A DNA stretch of 64,000 nt from Nemertoderma westbladi (GCA_032718475.1 JAUCBJ010000434.1:55298-119297); one strand, 5' to 3'. Counted from the stretch's first letter, positions 32,521-46,216 are shown. Made by a program: numbers and translations. The notes: generated from the letters alone by a model not told the origin.

Positions 32521-33521
32521 ACCAAACATACAGTTTGGCTGTCATCAAACGAAAAAACTGTCATTGGAAATGAAATCACCATCCAGAAATACCCTAACAG
32601 AAAAATTGTTGTCTGAGTGAAAACTTGTGAATATTGTGAAAAATTGTGAAAACTAAAATATGAAAAGTATAAATAAGGCTTCACTTAATTTCTCGTGCTG
32701 CGCGAAGGCTTTCTTTCATCCTGCTAAATATTGTTAAAATCAATTTTGTTATGTTGCCAATTTGGTTTTGTTTGTTACTTTTTATTAGGTACAAAATTTG
32801 CACCAAAGATTGATTCGAAAAATACTACAAAGGAAAAGGGAAAAAAATCCATATTACTAAAAATGGCGGGAAGGTTTGAATTTTGAATTATTATAACCGA
32901 ACTTTAAAGCGATTTCACTCAAAACTATTTTTTGAACATATTCAAAAATGGGAAACACGTTTTCTGTTTTTCTGATCTGTTTTTTGTTGTTTTGGAATGC
33001 CCAGAAACTGTGCAATAAAATGAACGAACATAATTTTGAAAAAAAAAATTAGAAAGAAAGTTATGGTGACTTTTTCCCATTAGTAGGGTTTTCCCGTTAG
33101 TATAATTCTCATTAAAACAAAAAAAGAATTTTAAAAATCCATTGAGAACTAAATGAGAAATCGTGTTTCCACTGTTTCGTAATTTGTCATCATTAATTAT
33201 GTTAATTTATGCCTAATTAAGCTAATTACGTTAATTATTGTGGATTTTTTTTGTTAAGTTAATGACCCATCTTTTAGCTTTGAAATGGGACTATATTCAA
33301 GAAAAATCATTCATATCTTCAAAATTTACACGCTGAATACATAAACCCACCAAATCGTTGTAAAATGACTACACCCCCCCCCACCCCCCCCTTAAGTGTG
33401 TGAATGGATTTTGCTCAAATTAGTTACAAACCTTTTCTACGTCGATGCTCTTTCAATATATGTAATAAAATTTAAGAAATTCCACCAAAAATATTTTAAT
33501 TTACTTTTTTCGCCGGGAAAA

Positions 33522-33667
33522 AAAGTAAAATCAATACAATCCTATGGGATAAAGTAAAATCAATGCAATCCTATGGGATAAAGTAAAATCAATGCAATCC
33601 TATGGGTTAAAGTAAAATCAATGCAATCCTATGGGTTAAAGTAAAATCAATGCAATCCTATGGGTTA
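33522..33667. repeat. 29-bp tandem repeat, 5 copies
   Basis: Unit AAAGTAAAATCAATGCAATCCTATGGG(A/T)T. Confidence 0.9.
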
Positions 33668-34387
33668 TCTTAGATATATCTAAAGCTAAGAAACCTTTTC
33701 TCCCGATTTTGGGGTATATTCGAGCGAAAAAGTAACAATTTAAGAATAAAAATTTTTATCCAATTTTTTTTTATAAAATTATTTGTATTTTGAATCAATT
33801 ATTCAAAGATTGAAAAAATTACGTTCGCTGAAGGCCATTTATCCTATAATAAATACACAATTTCTAGAACGCGACATTTTCTATCGATGGTATGTTTCTA
33901 ACAATGGTATGTCTATACATTGTATCAATTGCAAGACAAACCAAATGTTCCCGAAGATTATGTATAAATTAATTAATTATAATAATTGGCCTCCAGAAGA
34001 TGCAAGCTCTCTAGAGATGGTAGGCCTATTGAGGCTAATGTGAATAATACCAGTAGCTGCTTTGGATATGAAATGTGAGATTTCACAAAAGACAATTTTC
34101 TAATTCTGACTCCGTACGATAATCGACGGCGAGTAGAACTACTACTATACACTATTATTACTTGTATTTTTTTTATTTTCAAAACACATTTCAACCAGGT
34201 TAACAATAAACAGAATAGTTATCCATTTATGAGTCTGGGGTTCGGAGTCATTGGGTGTTACGTTGTTATTGGTATAACTTTTCGCCGTATCCGTATGCAT
34301 TTGCCATATCCGTATGCACATACGCGTATGTGCGTATGTAATGGATTCCTATGGAGAATAATCCGTATGTGATTTTAGAGATTAGGC

Positions 34388-35840
34388 ATACTACTAGTAT
34401 CGGCATGCTACAGTGCAGCTGCATTTTTAAGAATGCTGTGCCGGCTTGTCGACAAAATTGCGCCGCCACAACTCCCTATCACCCATGACATTTGCTAGAT
34501 CATCCGCATCTTCAAGGCCAGTGTCCTTTAAGATGCGTCTCTAGAAAGTCATGGGCTGTCCACCATGCTTATTCACTCCATGAGGCTGCCAAAGTACAAG
34601 ATTATGCACTGGCTGGTCCTCACGGCGAAAGCAATGTCCTGCAAAGCGGAGGCGATTTTGTTCTAGTGTCAAGCTTGGGGGAACCAATGAGACACCTCCA
34701 ATGTTATATAGTGTCTGGTTGGAGATGTGTGCATTGTACTTGACACAATGAACCCGGCGTAGCATTCTTGTGAATGTGCCATCCAGAGATTTGGTGTCCT
34801 CAGCAGTTAGAGCCCAGCATGGACTCCCATAGAGGAGTACTGGAACTACTGCTGCTCTAAATAATCGGACCTTAAGTTTCCGAATAATTCTCGGTGACTT
34901 CCAAATCCTGGAAAGCCTATTCAAGGCTGCCCATGCCTTTCCCTTACGTATTCGAAGGTCCTCACCTGACTTTCGGATCCATGATCCCAGGTAACAGAAG
35001 TCGTCCACATGCTCAAGCATACCATCCTTTGAGCTTATGCTCATCCGATCAGAGACTTGCTGAGAACTTTCAAAGTTAACTGTCAAAATTTTGGTCTTTC
35101 TGGAGTTAATAAAAAGACCAACACTAGAAGCAGCATGTTCTAATGAGCTGAGGAGCCGTTGGGCTCCCTCTAGTGATTCTGAGAGTACTCCTAAGTCATC
35201 AGCAAAGTCTAGATCAGTTAGGTACTTGGCAGGATTTCCTCGACTTCTGGAGCCAGTAGGTGGAGTTATCATCACCCCATCATCATTATGATGATCTAAG
35301 GACATGCGTAGAACATAGTCAACCACAATTACGGACAAGAATGGTGCAAGTGTGTCTCCCTGGAGGACGCCCCATAACACTTCAAATGGTTCTGTGTCAC
35401 CATCAACAGTAGACACAAATGTTGTCAAACCATCGTATACTGATCTGATTGCTGCAATAATTTCATCAGGAATCCCATATAATGAAAGTATGCTGAACAT
35501 ACGTGAGCGGGAGACTGAATCAAAGGCCTTGAATAAGTCAACAAAGATAACAGCCAGATGCCTGTCTTTCTTTTTTGATAACTCTTCAATTATCCTTCTA
35601 AGTGCCAAAATGGGTTCCATGGTCGCACGACCTTTACGGAACCCATTCTGATTTCCACGGAGCAGTCTCTCAATGGGATCCCTGATGCGATTTAATATAA
35701 TTCTATTGTATAGCTTTGCAGCAATCGAGATCAATGAGATTCCCCGAAAAGAACCATAGAGTGTTAGGTTGCCCTTCTTGGGAACTGGCACCAACTTATT
35801 TGTTTTCATATCTTGTGGGACTCTTGTTGTCACTGGTGAG
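34388..35840 (-). mobile_element. 5'-truncated non-LTR retrotransposon (RTE-like), RT domain and C-terminus
   Basis: Motifs FRGISLIS, QNGFRKGR, FVDLFKAFDSV, GVLQGDTLAP, LDFADD, FCYLGS and VLLYGSPCW. Ends in a short TAG-rich tail. Confidence 0.92.
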
Positions 35841-36193
35841 ACATAGGGATGGGGAAAGTTGACGCAAATCTCGATAAATTAATAATAATATATCTTCAGA
35901 TGAATTACAAATATTCGAATTTATCATTTGAATTCAGCATTGAGGGGGGTCCCCTCCCCTGTAGTGCCCGTTATTTTAACGAAAGCAAAACTATAAACGA
36001 ATTTAATACAGTAATAATAGGCTACAGTTTAATACAGTAATATGTTCTTAAATAATTCGGCTGTTATTTGCTTCGATTTTCCCCATGGAGAGTGACATAT
36101 TTTATATCTTTTAGGGCCACCTGTACAGTTGTAGGTCTTAGACAGTTAGGCCTATCATACTATACAATACATGATTACATTAGTTAATTAATA

Positions 36194-37156
36194 ATGGGGA
36201 TGTTTTGTGGAAGTAGCCAATCACGTAATTGGATGTTTTCGTCTAAAGGAGAATTAGACCAGGTACGTGAGGAAACAAACACGCGATTCCATACGGCGAA
36301 CAACCCGGACGGTACCAGAATCGATTTCTTAGACGAACTGGAGGAACAAATGATAATACAGTTCTATTTGCGGGAGGTGCAGGGATTGTGCAGTTCGTTT
36401 AGGCCTGCCGTCCCCAAGGCTGTTATCGGCACTGCCTGCTCTTATATGAAGCGAATAGCCTTAGGAAACAGCGCGATGGATTACCATCCCAAGGACTTCT
36501 ACCTCCCGTGTTTATACCTAGCGACAAAGGTGGAAGAGTTTAACGTGTCCATCGTGGAGTTCGTTAGAAACATCCCCGGCCCCGGGGATAAACGTCGTCT
36601 CGCTGAAAGAATAACGACCCTAGAACCCAAAGTTATTCATCTACTAAACTACCAACTCATAGTTCACAACCCATTTCGAGCCATCGAGGGATTTATTATC
36701 GATTTGAAAAGAATCGGTTCTCTTCAGAACGTCGATAAACTAATAAAAAAAGCTGACGAATTCATCCTGTGGTCGCTCTACACGGACGCTAGTTTGCTGT
36801 ACTCTCCGTCGCAAATCGCTTTAGCCGCTTTATCTTACAGCAGTAATAAAAATAAATGCTCGCTGGATCCGTATATGCACGATGTTTTATTTCCGGGAGG
36901 ATCTGTCGACGCGATAACGGCTGTTATTAAATCGATAATTAAATTGGTTCGCTCTGTTCGTATTCCCGAGGAAGGGATGATCGTTAGGTTGTTAGAACGG
37001 CTCGAACGTTGTCGAAACGCAGAGCTCAATCCCGACTCTGAGGTTTATAAGGAGAGGGAGAAGCGATTATGGGAGGAAGAAGAAGGGATTCAGGCTGAAA
37101 AACAAGCCGTTATTTACGCGAAAATACGCCAGGAAGAGGAACTTATTTTGGGTTGA
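36194..37156 (+). CDS. CCNH: Cyclin H (CAK/TFIIH subunit), single exon
   Basis: Motifs MFCGSSQSRNWMF, VIGTACSYMKR, MDYHPK..CLYLATKVEEFNVS, LNYQLIVHNPFRAIEGFIIDLK and LLYSPSQIALAA. AATAAA follows the stop. Confidence 0.95.
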   Translation: MGMFCGSSQSRNWMFSSKGELDQVREETNTRFHTANNPDGTRIDFLDELEEQMIIQFYLREVQGLCSSFRPAVPKAVIGTACSYMKRIALGNSAMDYHPKDFYLPCLYLATKVEEFNVSIVEFVRNIPGPGDKRRLAERITTLEPKVIHLLNYQLIVHNPFRAIEGFIIDLKRIGSLQNVDKLIKKADEFILWSLYTDASLLYSPSQIALAALSYSSNKNKCSLDPYMHDVLFPGGSVDAITAVIKSIIKLVRSVRIPEEGMIVRLLERLERCRNAELNPDSEVYKEREKRLWEEEEGIQAEKQAVIYAKIRQEEELILG

Positions 37157-38729
37157 TAGAATAACGTTTATTTTTTATATAATAATAAAAGCTAAAATAA
37201 TTGACTCATTTGATTCGTTTGTGCAATAAAATTATCAATTTGGTACAATATTGTTAAGTTAACAGCAAATCCAAGCTTATAATGTTTTCTGTGGAGTATA
37301 AAAAAAACACTGCATAACTCAAGTTCACTTAAGGGGGGGGGGGAGGGGGGGGGGGGGGTAATACCCCCCCTCAGGTAAAATTTTCAAATTGTTGTTTCTT
37401 TATTTCATCTGGAGCAGAATTTAATGAGGAATACAAATCTGAAAACCGCTTAGTGAGACCTCTTTCAGTTCTCGAGTTATCACTGTTTTTCCGTATGACG
37501 GTCTGTCCGTCAAATTGTAAGAAAGACAGAAGACCGACAGACAGACAGATGACTAGATTCCACCAAAAATTAAAACTGACATCGGAAATGAAATCAGCGA
37601 CCGCGAAAACCCCCGTAATGAACATTTTAGCTCGTTGGTATGCACCCTTCGTGCCAGAAATAATTAACCAACCAAAACACAGACAGCCAATTTTGGCGGG
37701 ACGGTTTAAACTTTGAAGGGCATTTTCTCGGAATGACATTTTTCATTTTCAAATTGCTACGCCTCCGTCATTTTTTAACCAATTTTCTTCGTTTATGGCT
37801 CGTTCGAACGAGCTTTGGAAGCTCTTTAAAAGTTATTCTATGGAATTTTGATAAATATTACCATTTTTTCTAATTAGCCAATTTTAATTAAAAATATGAT
37901 AATTAATTAATTAAATTAATTAATTAAAATAAAAGTGGCTAATTAAAAATTCTATAAGATAACTTTTGTAGAGTCGATCACGCTGAGTCCAAAAAAGTTG
38001 GTTTCAAGAAATTTGGACCAAAATTGAGGGACTAGTAGCAATTTTAGTGAAATCTTTAATTCCGCTGCCAGCCGCTAGGGGGAGGCTATAAATTTTCCAA
38101 TTTTACTATAAAGGCTATTTGGCCTTCCATACAGTGGTTGACCATGACAAAATAGCAATATTATCATTTAACACTAATTGGCAGCCATTTTAAAAAAAGG
38201 TTCATATAAGGTTCATATAAAAAGGTTCATAAGAAGGTTATTTTAATACCATTTGAAAGAGCGTTTTTTATTGGCTTAGTCAGTATCCAATCAAATCACC
38301 TCAGCCTACAATATGACGTTGTTAACCAGCTGATTTCAAGTTGTTATTATTTTGGCTGGTGGAGGATTCCAACCACAGTATTTCCCAACCATGAATTATA
38401 TTGGTTGCTTCGAATTCACCGTAGTGTCTCAATTCCCTGAACACTAAAGTGGCAATACTCTTTCCAACACAAATGGTCTCATTGTTTCATTCCAAACAGT
38501 TCGCTCAATACAGCAGCGTGTTTAATTTTTACCCACCTAAAATGTATGTGTGGGGTAAAAAAGAACAGGGTGCTTCCAACCGTTTGACACTGTTAAACAA
38601 TACAAGACTGTACTCAGCATGCGTGAGGTGGCTAAACGTATAATAATCTGTAAATACCTTATATATACGAGGTTACAGGTTTCAAAGGTTCGTGTGATAG
38701 AACACCAAGGCCTTCGCGCAGCATGAGTC

Positions 38730-39185
38730 AGACACTATATACCGTTGGAGGTGTCTCATTAGTATCCCCTAGCTTGACAATTCAACGGCGCCGCCTCCAC
38801 ATTATAGGACATTGCTTTCAGAGTGAGATTGCTTTCAGCGTGAGGACCATCCATTGCACAAACTTGTGCTTTGGTGGCCTCATGGAGAAAATAAGCATGG
38901 TGGACAGTCCATGACTTTCGTGAGATGCATCTTAAAGAAAACACACTGGCCTTGAGGATGCCGATAATCTCGCCATGTGTCATGGGTGAGTCATGGGGGA
39001 TAGGGAGTTGTGGTGGTGCAACTTTGTTGATAAGGCGGCATGGGCGCATAGCATTGCACGCTGCGTTGGGCTTGTCAATTGTGGATTGCATGGTGGTGAA
39101 AAAAATGTTTTTGATAAGCTGGCATAGCATCTCAATTCTCAATGTTCAGTTTCAATGCAGCAGGTCTACTATAGTACTGTAGTAG
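38730..39185 (+). mobile_element. Degenerate 3' fragment of the same RTE-like LINE family
   Basis: QTLYTVGGVSLVSPSLT and the downstream nucleotide sequence match the 3' end of the 34.4-35.8 kb element. Confidence 0.8.
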
Positions 39186-39353
39186 TGATGTGGCAAATTC
39201 GCCTTAGAAGATTTTGCCCAGGGGGGCACTACGGACTAGGCGATTATGGATTATGCCCAGTGAAGGGGGCATAATGCCCTAGGCGATTATGACCGGGGTG
39301 GAGGCATATATTACATTTGAGAAATTTCGACTGGGACACCGGTAAGTACAGTA

Positions 39354-39764
39354 CAGTCATTGGTCCATATAAGAGACAGGTTTTGAACTTCGTTGGGTTC
39401 TGTGTAAAAATGTAAACACTGGACTTCCTCAGAAATTATGTAATAAGGGGTTTCCCGGGGCGTAGAATCCATTTTTCCGGGTCTCGAAAGTTGATTTCGC
39501 CTAGCAGTTGCTGATTTTTGAAGAAATGTTGCATGTCTCAAATTTGGCATCGATTCCCTAATGTGAGACAAGAAATTCAATTGTAATTTTTTTTAATAAC
39601 TAACATGAAATAACCTCATAAATATTACGGAGAATCTTGTTAGGTTCTTACAGCCTTTATTTGAGACAAAAGATCTGTAATTATTTGGCTATAGGAGCCC
39701 CTTGAAGTTGATATTGAATTTGTCTCACGTTTGGGTCCATGTCTCAAATTAGGCAGAATGACTG
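39354..39764. mobile_element. Tc1/mariner-type MITE
   Basis: TA|CAGTCATT...AATGACTG|TA with GAGACA subterminal motifs. The last ~90 bp recur identically at ~40283-40371. Confidence 0.7.
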
Positions 39765-41959
39765 TACTATATATGATTTAAGCTTGATGTAACTGATACA
39801 TTCAGTAGGCCTACCGGTACTGTAGTGTGACTTTCGGAAAGAAGTCAGATGCAATTATAATGTATGTGTATAGGGGGCCTATGGTTTCTATACTTCAGAT
39901 ACTTAGATACAAAGGCCTAGCCTACATTTGTCTCTTGTTATGGTTATAATTTCCTTGTCTCAAATTAGGGGAAATTCATGGAAACCGATACCATATTAAA
40001 GACAGTAGTCAAATGTAAAACTATGAAATCTTTACCACATAAAAATAGTTTTATATAAAAATATAGCCTTTTTACTATAAAATGTCATAATTTCGAGAAT
40101 CAGGTCAAAGTGGAATGCAAAAATCTCATATCGATTTTAAAACCTTAAAATTTATGAAAAAAAGCTTCGATTTTTGACGGGCCGCTAGAATATTATAAGT
40201 ATATCCAATCCGGTTGAATTATACCTAACGATGTACAGGAATGGTTACAGATCATTATTCGAATTAGTTTTAAGTAGGTTTCTGTAATTATTTGGCTATA
40301 GGAGCCCCTTGAAGTTGATATTGAATTTGTCTCACGTTTGGGTCCATGTCTCAAATTAGGCAGAATGACTGTACTTTACAATTGTCACCGTCAGACTTTT
40401 CCTAAATGTATAATTTATTTATTGTATTGAATATTTTAGGTTAAAAATCTCATAATATTAACATTGTGACGTGATATTGGCCTTTCCGGAATCACTAATG
40501 CCTCTCAGCAACAAATAATATATTAATCTAATAGTAATGGATACTTCCTGGTGAACGGACATTAAACTTGACAAAACGTCCTATGTTTTACTTCCGTAAT
40601 TAGTTTTGTTTGACTTAGGACAACTTACCACCATAAGTAAAAAGTTAGGACGTTTTACCATCCGTGTAGCCTTAACTTAGGACAACTAAAATTTGCAAAT
40701 AACTCTTTTACACTCTTATTTTATCACTAATCCTTTGGTACAGTAGAAAGGAGGGAAATTCAATTTTATACCCGATTCACTCAAAACATGAATTTTGAGA
40801 AAATTTGACTTAGAACGTTTTACCACCAGCCCCCACGATTTAGTTAGTATATTACAGTAGTAGGGCTTCTTACTGTTAGGGAATTAAATACTATTTTTCA
40901 GGTTGGTTCTTTTTTTTAAATTACATTGAATGAAATACGAATTTTGGGGCGAGCCACGAAGTTGGCGGAACCTTAACGAACTGACATTGTTGGGAGATGG
41001 GTTAGTATTAAAACCGTTAGTATTTGGGAGGGGTGGGGGGGGGGGGGGGGGTGGGGGGTGTAGGGATGCAACAAAGCACCGGCTCGGAAATCCGGAGCTC
41101 TGGGCCAATTTTCTGGCTCCGGCTCTTGTTCCGGCTCCGGCCAAATTAATCCGTAGCTAATCCAGAGCTTATGTTGTTGACATTCGATAATATTATTATA
41201 TTTATTATATTATTCTTATATTGTTACGTTTTCACTCCAATATACCTCAAAATTGAGAGAAATAGTGAGTACTTTTTCCCATGGAAAAAAAGTAATCAAT
41301 AGGATTGCATTGATTTTTCTTTTTTTCCCGGCGAAAAAGTCAAATGAAATATTTTTGGTGGAATTTCTTAAATACAGTATGTGTTTTGAGCAAAATCCAT
41401 TCACACGCTCAAAAGTTATTGCAACTTTAGTATCTGCAAGGCGAACTCCAAAATTGGTTTATGTTGTTAAGTTGTTGGTAATGGGAGATGGTACCCCAGG
41501 CTATCCCCATACAATTTACTATTTTAACTCATATGTACCCATTACACTGGTTCTACAAGATGGAATTTCATGAAAATTTCCAGAAGGGCGGATTAACTAT
41601 CGAGACACACTTGGAACCTAAAAAAAATTTGAAATTTTTTTGTGTCTATGTTTGAGGGTCACTTAATTGCACTAAAAAATGACACATTTTCGAAGTTTAT
41701 ATTAGAAATACATTTGATAATTGTTTTAAACATATGTTTTTGGACACAATTGTGTCTCCGAACAACAAACCTGCTGCGAAAATTTCAGCCAATTCCATCA
41801 AGTCGTTCTCGAGAAAAAGGTACATTTATCTCTAAATTTCACGAAAAAATAAATCCGGAGAAAATGCATTTAAAGTTTTCAAACCTTCCCGCTAATTTTA
41901 TGTAAATCGCGGGAAATTTCAAAAATAAGCCAAAACATAATAAACTACTCCAGCGAACC

Positions 41960-42830
41960 AAAATTTACGATTTAGGGGTATTCGTAGTCGCTGGGTTCAT
42001 TTCTGATATCTGTTTTAATGTTTGATGGCATCTGGACTGTCTGTCTGACTGTCAATCTCACAGACAGTAAGTAAGTAAGCACACCACTTTACTATAATTT
42101 ATGATATGGGGTTTTCCAAGTGCGGCTGATTCCATTTCCGATGTCAATTTTAATATTTGACTGAACCTAGAATGTCTGTTTTTATGACTGTCTGTCTGTC
42201 AGTCAAAATATAAGGAGGCATATCACCTGAACATAATTTCTGATATGGGGGTTTTCCTAGTCGCTGATTTCATTTCTAATACCTGTTTTAATGTTTGATG
42301 ACATCTGGACTGTCTATCTGTCTGTCGGACTGTCGGTCTCACAGACAAAATATAAGTAAAGACATCACTTTACTATAATTTCTGATATGGGTTTTTTTTA
42401 GTCGCTAATTTCATTTCCTATGTCTTTTTTAATAATTTAATGAACCTAGACTGTCTGTTTAAGTCTGTCTGTATGTCTTTCTTGACAGACAGATCGACTG
42501 TCAGACAAATATACAGGCATAATAGATTCCTCCAAACTGGAAAGATAACACCAGAAATGAAATCACCGATCTTAAAAACCCCCACAGGGAAAAGTTTAGT
42601 TAGGTAGTGTGTTTCGTTATGTTTTTGACAGACAGACCGACAGACGGACAAACAGACAGACAAACTAGATTACGCCAAATTTGAAAACTGACCCCGGAAA
42701 TGAAATCCTCAACCACGAAAACCCATGTAGCAATAATTTTAGTTAGGTGGTGTACATTTTTATATCCATAATTAGTTGACAAACAGAAAAACAGATCATT
42801 AGACAGACAAACAGAAAAACAGACAACTTA
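41960..42830. repeat. Array of ~120-bp CTGT/GATTTCATTTC units with an orientation switch near 42480-42520
   Basis: About four forward units followed by two inverted units. Confidence 0.65.
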
Positions 42831-43609
42831 ATCTTATGATATGATGTTAGGATTTCGATTTTTGAAATCTACGTTAATAAATTCTGATTTAGAATTAATA
42901 AAAAAAAATCGAAAATTTTTAATTTTTTGAAAAGTTCTGGGGTACCATCTCCCACAGTTAATGAAAACCAATAGTACGGCTGTAAGAGGGTAAATCTTTG
43001 TCCAAAATGAATAATTTTTGGTATAAGTCGATCGATAACTGAAGATTGTTAAAAATTTTTTTTTTATAATATTGTTATAATAATTTAGTGCTATTTAGTG
43101 GCATAAAATTATTACTATTACTAAAAACACTACTCTTCGTACAAACATAAGTTATATATATTATATATCTAGTTATTTCGTATTTATAATTAGGATATAT
43201 GGTTGAATAAAAAAAGTATTGGTCAACATTTTTAGATATTGATTATTTCCAATTTTATTACCTTATTAATTAATTATTTTCATATTTTTTTAAAAAAAAG
43301 TAGTATTTTTCACATTTCGAAGCCAATAAAATGAGTTAGGATCAAAATTTTAAAATTCTGTAATAATAGTAGAATCTGAAGTAATAATACTGTAGCTGTA
43401 GTTTTTTTATACTCTCTGAGTTAAATGGGATTTACTAGAATTTCTAAATTGCCGTCGAATAAACTGGTCATTCACGGCGGTAAGCTTAATCTCAATTTAT
43501 AACAATAATTGAAGTAGAAGCTTGAAAATCCAATAAATACAACCAATAAATAAAATACAATTAACTCTTTATGAGTAAATTGTATTTTATTTATTGGTTG
43601 TCGTATTAC

Positions 43610-44530
43610 TAGATCACAATGGCAACTACGTCTGTCAGAAAGATGGTGTCTCTATGGGGTCTCCATTGGGCCCCATACTCGCCAATATCTTTCTGTCACA
43701 GTTCGACGAGTTCGACAGTTCGTTCGATCGCTGCGGGCACCAAGCTCAGTGATAGGTACGTCGATGACGTATTTAGTGTTGGCAGTAACAACCCCACTGA
43801 GAAGTTGAGAGAGGTCAATGCCCCCCATCCCAATCTTAGGTTTACCCTTGAGATGGAGGAGGAGGGGGGGGGGGGGGGGGGGGGCGCTTGTCCTTTCTTG
43901 ATTTGGTTGACACTCGGGTTGACTATGCTCTTTCAACAGCTTGGTTCCGCAAGCCTACAGATACTGGGCTCGTTCTCAATGCCACTGCGTGTGCCCCTCA
44001 GTCTTACAAACACGGTGTAGTACGTATTTCATCGCATATTTAATGCCAGTAAGGGTGGGGATGGTTCCCAACTCTATACCGCTATTGGGGATGCTAAGAA
44101 TATTCTTAGCAATAACCAATATAAGCAATGATACGATGGTCGAGCATGAGCTAGCCGTAGTGCAAGCCGCTAGGAGGCGTGCAGGCAGTGGTTCTGGGGG
44201 CGAGGCACCAACAGCTGTCCGCACCAAGGTCATTGACTCGGTCGACCAGACAGCTGCTGATGACTCCAAGCCTATTATCTGTAAGTTCGAGTACCGAGGT
44301 CGGGCAACTGATCTGTTTGTTCGAAAGTTACGTGGTCTTATAACCCCGGTCTTGCACACGGCCAGTTCGGTTTGTTTTTACAACATCTAAACTGCGCCAG
44401 TAGTCACTCCCATCTCTCAAACACCCCATCCCGGAAATCCTTGCGTCTAACGTCTTTTACTCTTTCTCTTGTCCCTCTTGTAAGGGAGAATATGTTGGAA
44501 ACACCATCCTACACTTGTTTGAACGGTTAT
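43610..44530 (+). mobile_element. Degenerate Penelope-like element (Penelope/Poseidon-like): RT and start of GIY-YIG
   Basis: Across frames: QKDGVSMGSPLGPILANIF, RYVDDVF, HPNLRFTLEME, WFRKPTDTG, and NVFYSFSCPSCKGEYVGNT. Several frameshifts. Confidence 0.85.
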
Positions 44531-44534
44531 ATTG

Positions 44535-44878
44535 AAAAATATCGAGACATGAAAAATATCGACAGTAAAAATAACGCGAGTAAAAACATCGAGTGTTGAA
44601 AAATAACGATAATATCAAAAATATCGAGTGTTGAAAAATATCGAGAGTAAAAATATCGAGAGTAAAAATATCGAGTGTTGAAAAATATCGAGAGTAAAAA
44701 TATCGAGAGTAAAAATATCGAGAGTAAAAATATCGAGTGTTGAAAATATCGAGTGTTGAAAAATATCGAGAGTAAAAATAACGAGTGTTGAAAATATCAA
44801 GTGTTGAAAAATATCGAGAGTAAAAATATTGAGTGTTGAAATATATCGAGTGTTGAAAAATATCGGAGTAAAAATATT
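44535..44878. repeat. 15-17-bp minisatellite (AAAAATATCGAGAGT / AAAAATATCGAGTGTTG)
   Basis: About 20 head-to-tail copies of two variants. Confidence 0.92.
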
Positions 44879-44989
44879 GCATTTTGCTTGAGCATTTTAT
44901 TTAGAATTATGGAACAATATTACAGTGCATGGGTTACAAAAGTGCAAGTGCAAGTGAATGGCATTATGTAATACACCTTGGGTACCCAT

Positions 44990-45780
44990 TTACCGTGGTT
45001 GGTTGATAATAAGCTATCCATTCACTACGGTAAGACTGAAAGTATTTTGTTTGGTTCCAAAAGAAAGTTAAAGAAGGTAACTAAGTTTGAAGTCACTAGT
45101 AATGGACATAAGATTGAAAATAAAAAGGAAGTTAAATATTTAGGCGCCACATTGGATAACTGCTTATCAGGAGAAAGTACAGTGAAAAATATTTTCCCGA
45201 AAGTTAACAGTAGGCTTAGGTTTCTATACAGAAATAATTATAGTTTGAACACCGACTCTCGCAAGTTACTTTGCTCTTCTTTAATACAGTGTCACATCGA
45301 CTATGCGTGCCCTTCTTGGTATGAAGGCTTAACCAAACAGCTTAAATGTAAATTACAAGTAGCTCAGAATAAAGTAGTACGATTTATTAAAGACTACAAA
45401 CCTAGACACCACCTAACTCCAGATGACTTTTCTGAATCTGGACTACTTAACTTAGATAGTAGAGTTAAGCAGCTACGCCTTAACCATGTGCATAAAGTGT
45501 ATAATGGTAAATATCCCAATTACCTAAAACAAAATTTCAACTGAGTACGCGATACACACTCTTACAGTACCAGAGCTAGTGCTTCAAACTTCTAGCTCCA
45601 GAATTGTAAATCCTTTGAATCTGATAGTTTATTTTTTAACGGCATTAAAAATTGGAACGCTCTGCCTAATGAAATTAAAAACCTAAATAATTAACATTCT
45701 TTTAAATCTGCAGTTAAATCTCATCCCCGTGTGCAATGTAAAAATAGGTACAATAGTCCTACAGTAAGTTATTAGTTTAT
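44990..45780 (+). mobile_element. 3' fragment of an L2/CR1-group (Crack-like) LINE
   Basis: Motifs WLVDNKLSIHYGKTESILFGS, VKYLGATLD, SLIQCHIDYACPSWY and KLQVAQNKVVRFI, then a stop-interrupted HSYSTR...WNALP tail. Confidence 0.85.
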
Positions 45781-46216
45781 TAAATAGGCCGAGATTGGGT
45801 TAAGAAAGTGGAGAGTTCCAGAGAAATAAACTTTCAAAGATTAGACCGACCGACAGACATACACGAGGTTGAGAAGTGTACCTGTATGCTTACAATCGCT
45901 TACTTTCGTGGCTCACCCCACATTTTTTCGTTATGATATTTTCGTTAATACCAAATTTGCTTCCTTTCGTTTCTTTTCGTTATGCCATCCCTGTGGGTGG
46001 TAGCAATATTTTAATTTTTCTGTGAAATAATAATGACCATAATGTAACATAATATTGTATATGTAATTGAATGATTATATCTCTTGGCAGTTACCTAAAA
46101 GGTCGCCACCCTTAAACTACATTCAATATGCAAATAGAATATAAACATATAAACATTTACAAACATTATTACAAACGCAATTTTCGAAGTAAATATATAT
46201 ATTATTTAAGGAACCT

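Noticed and set aside
44457-44882. ORFs with repeating YFYSR/LDIFT peptides
   Set aside because: Translations of the 15-17-bp minisatellite.
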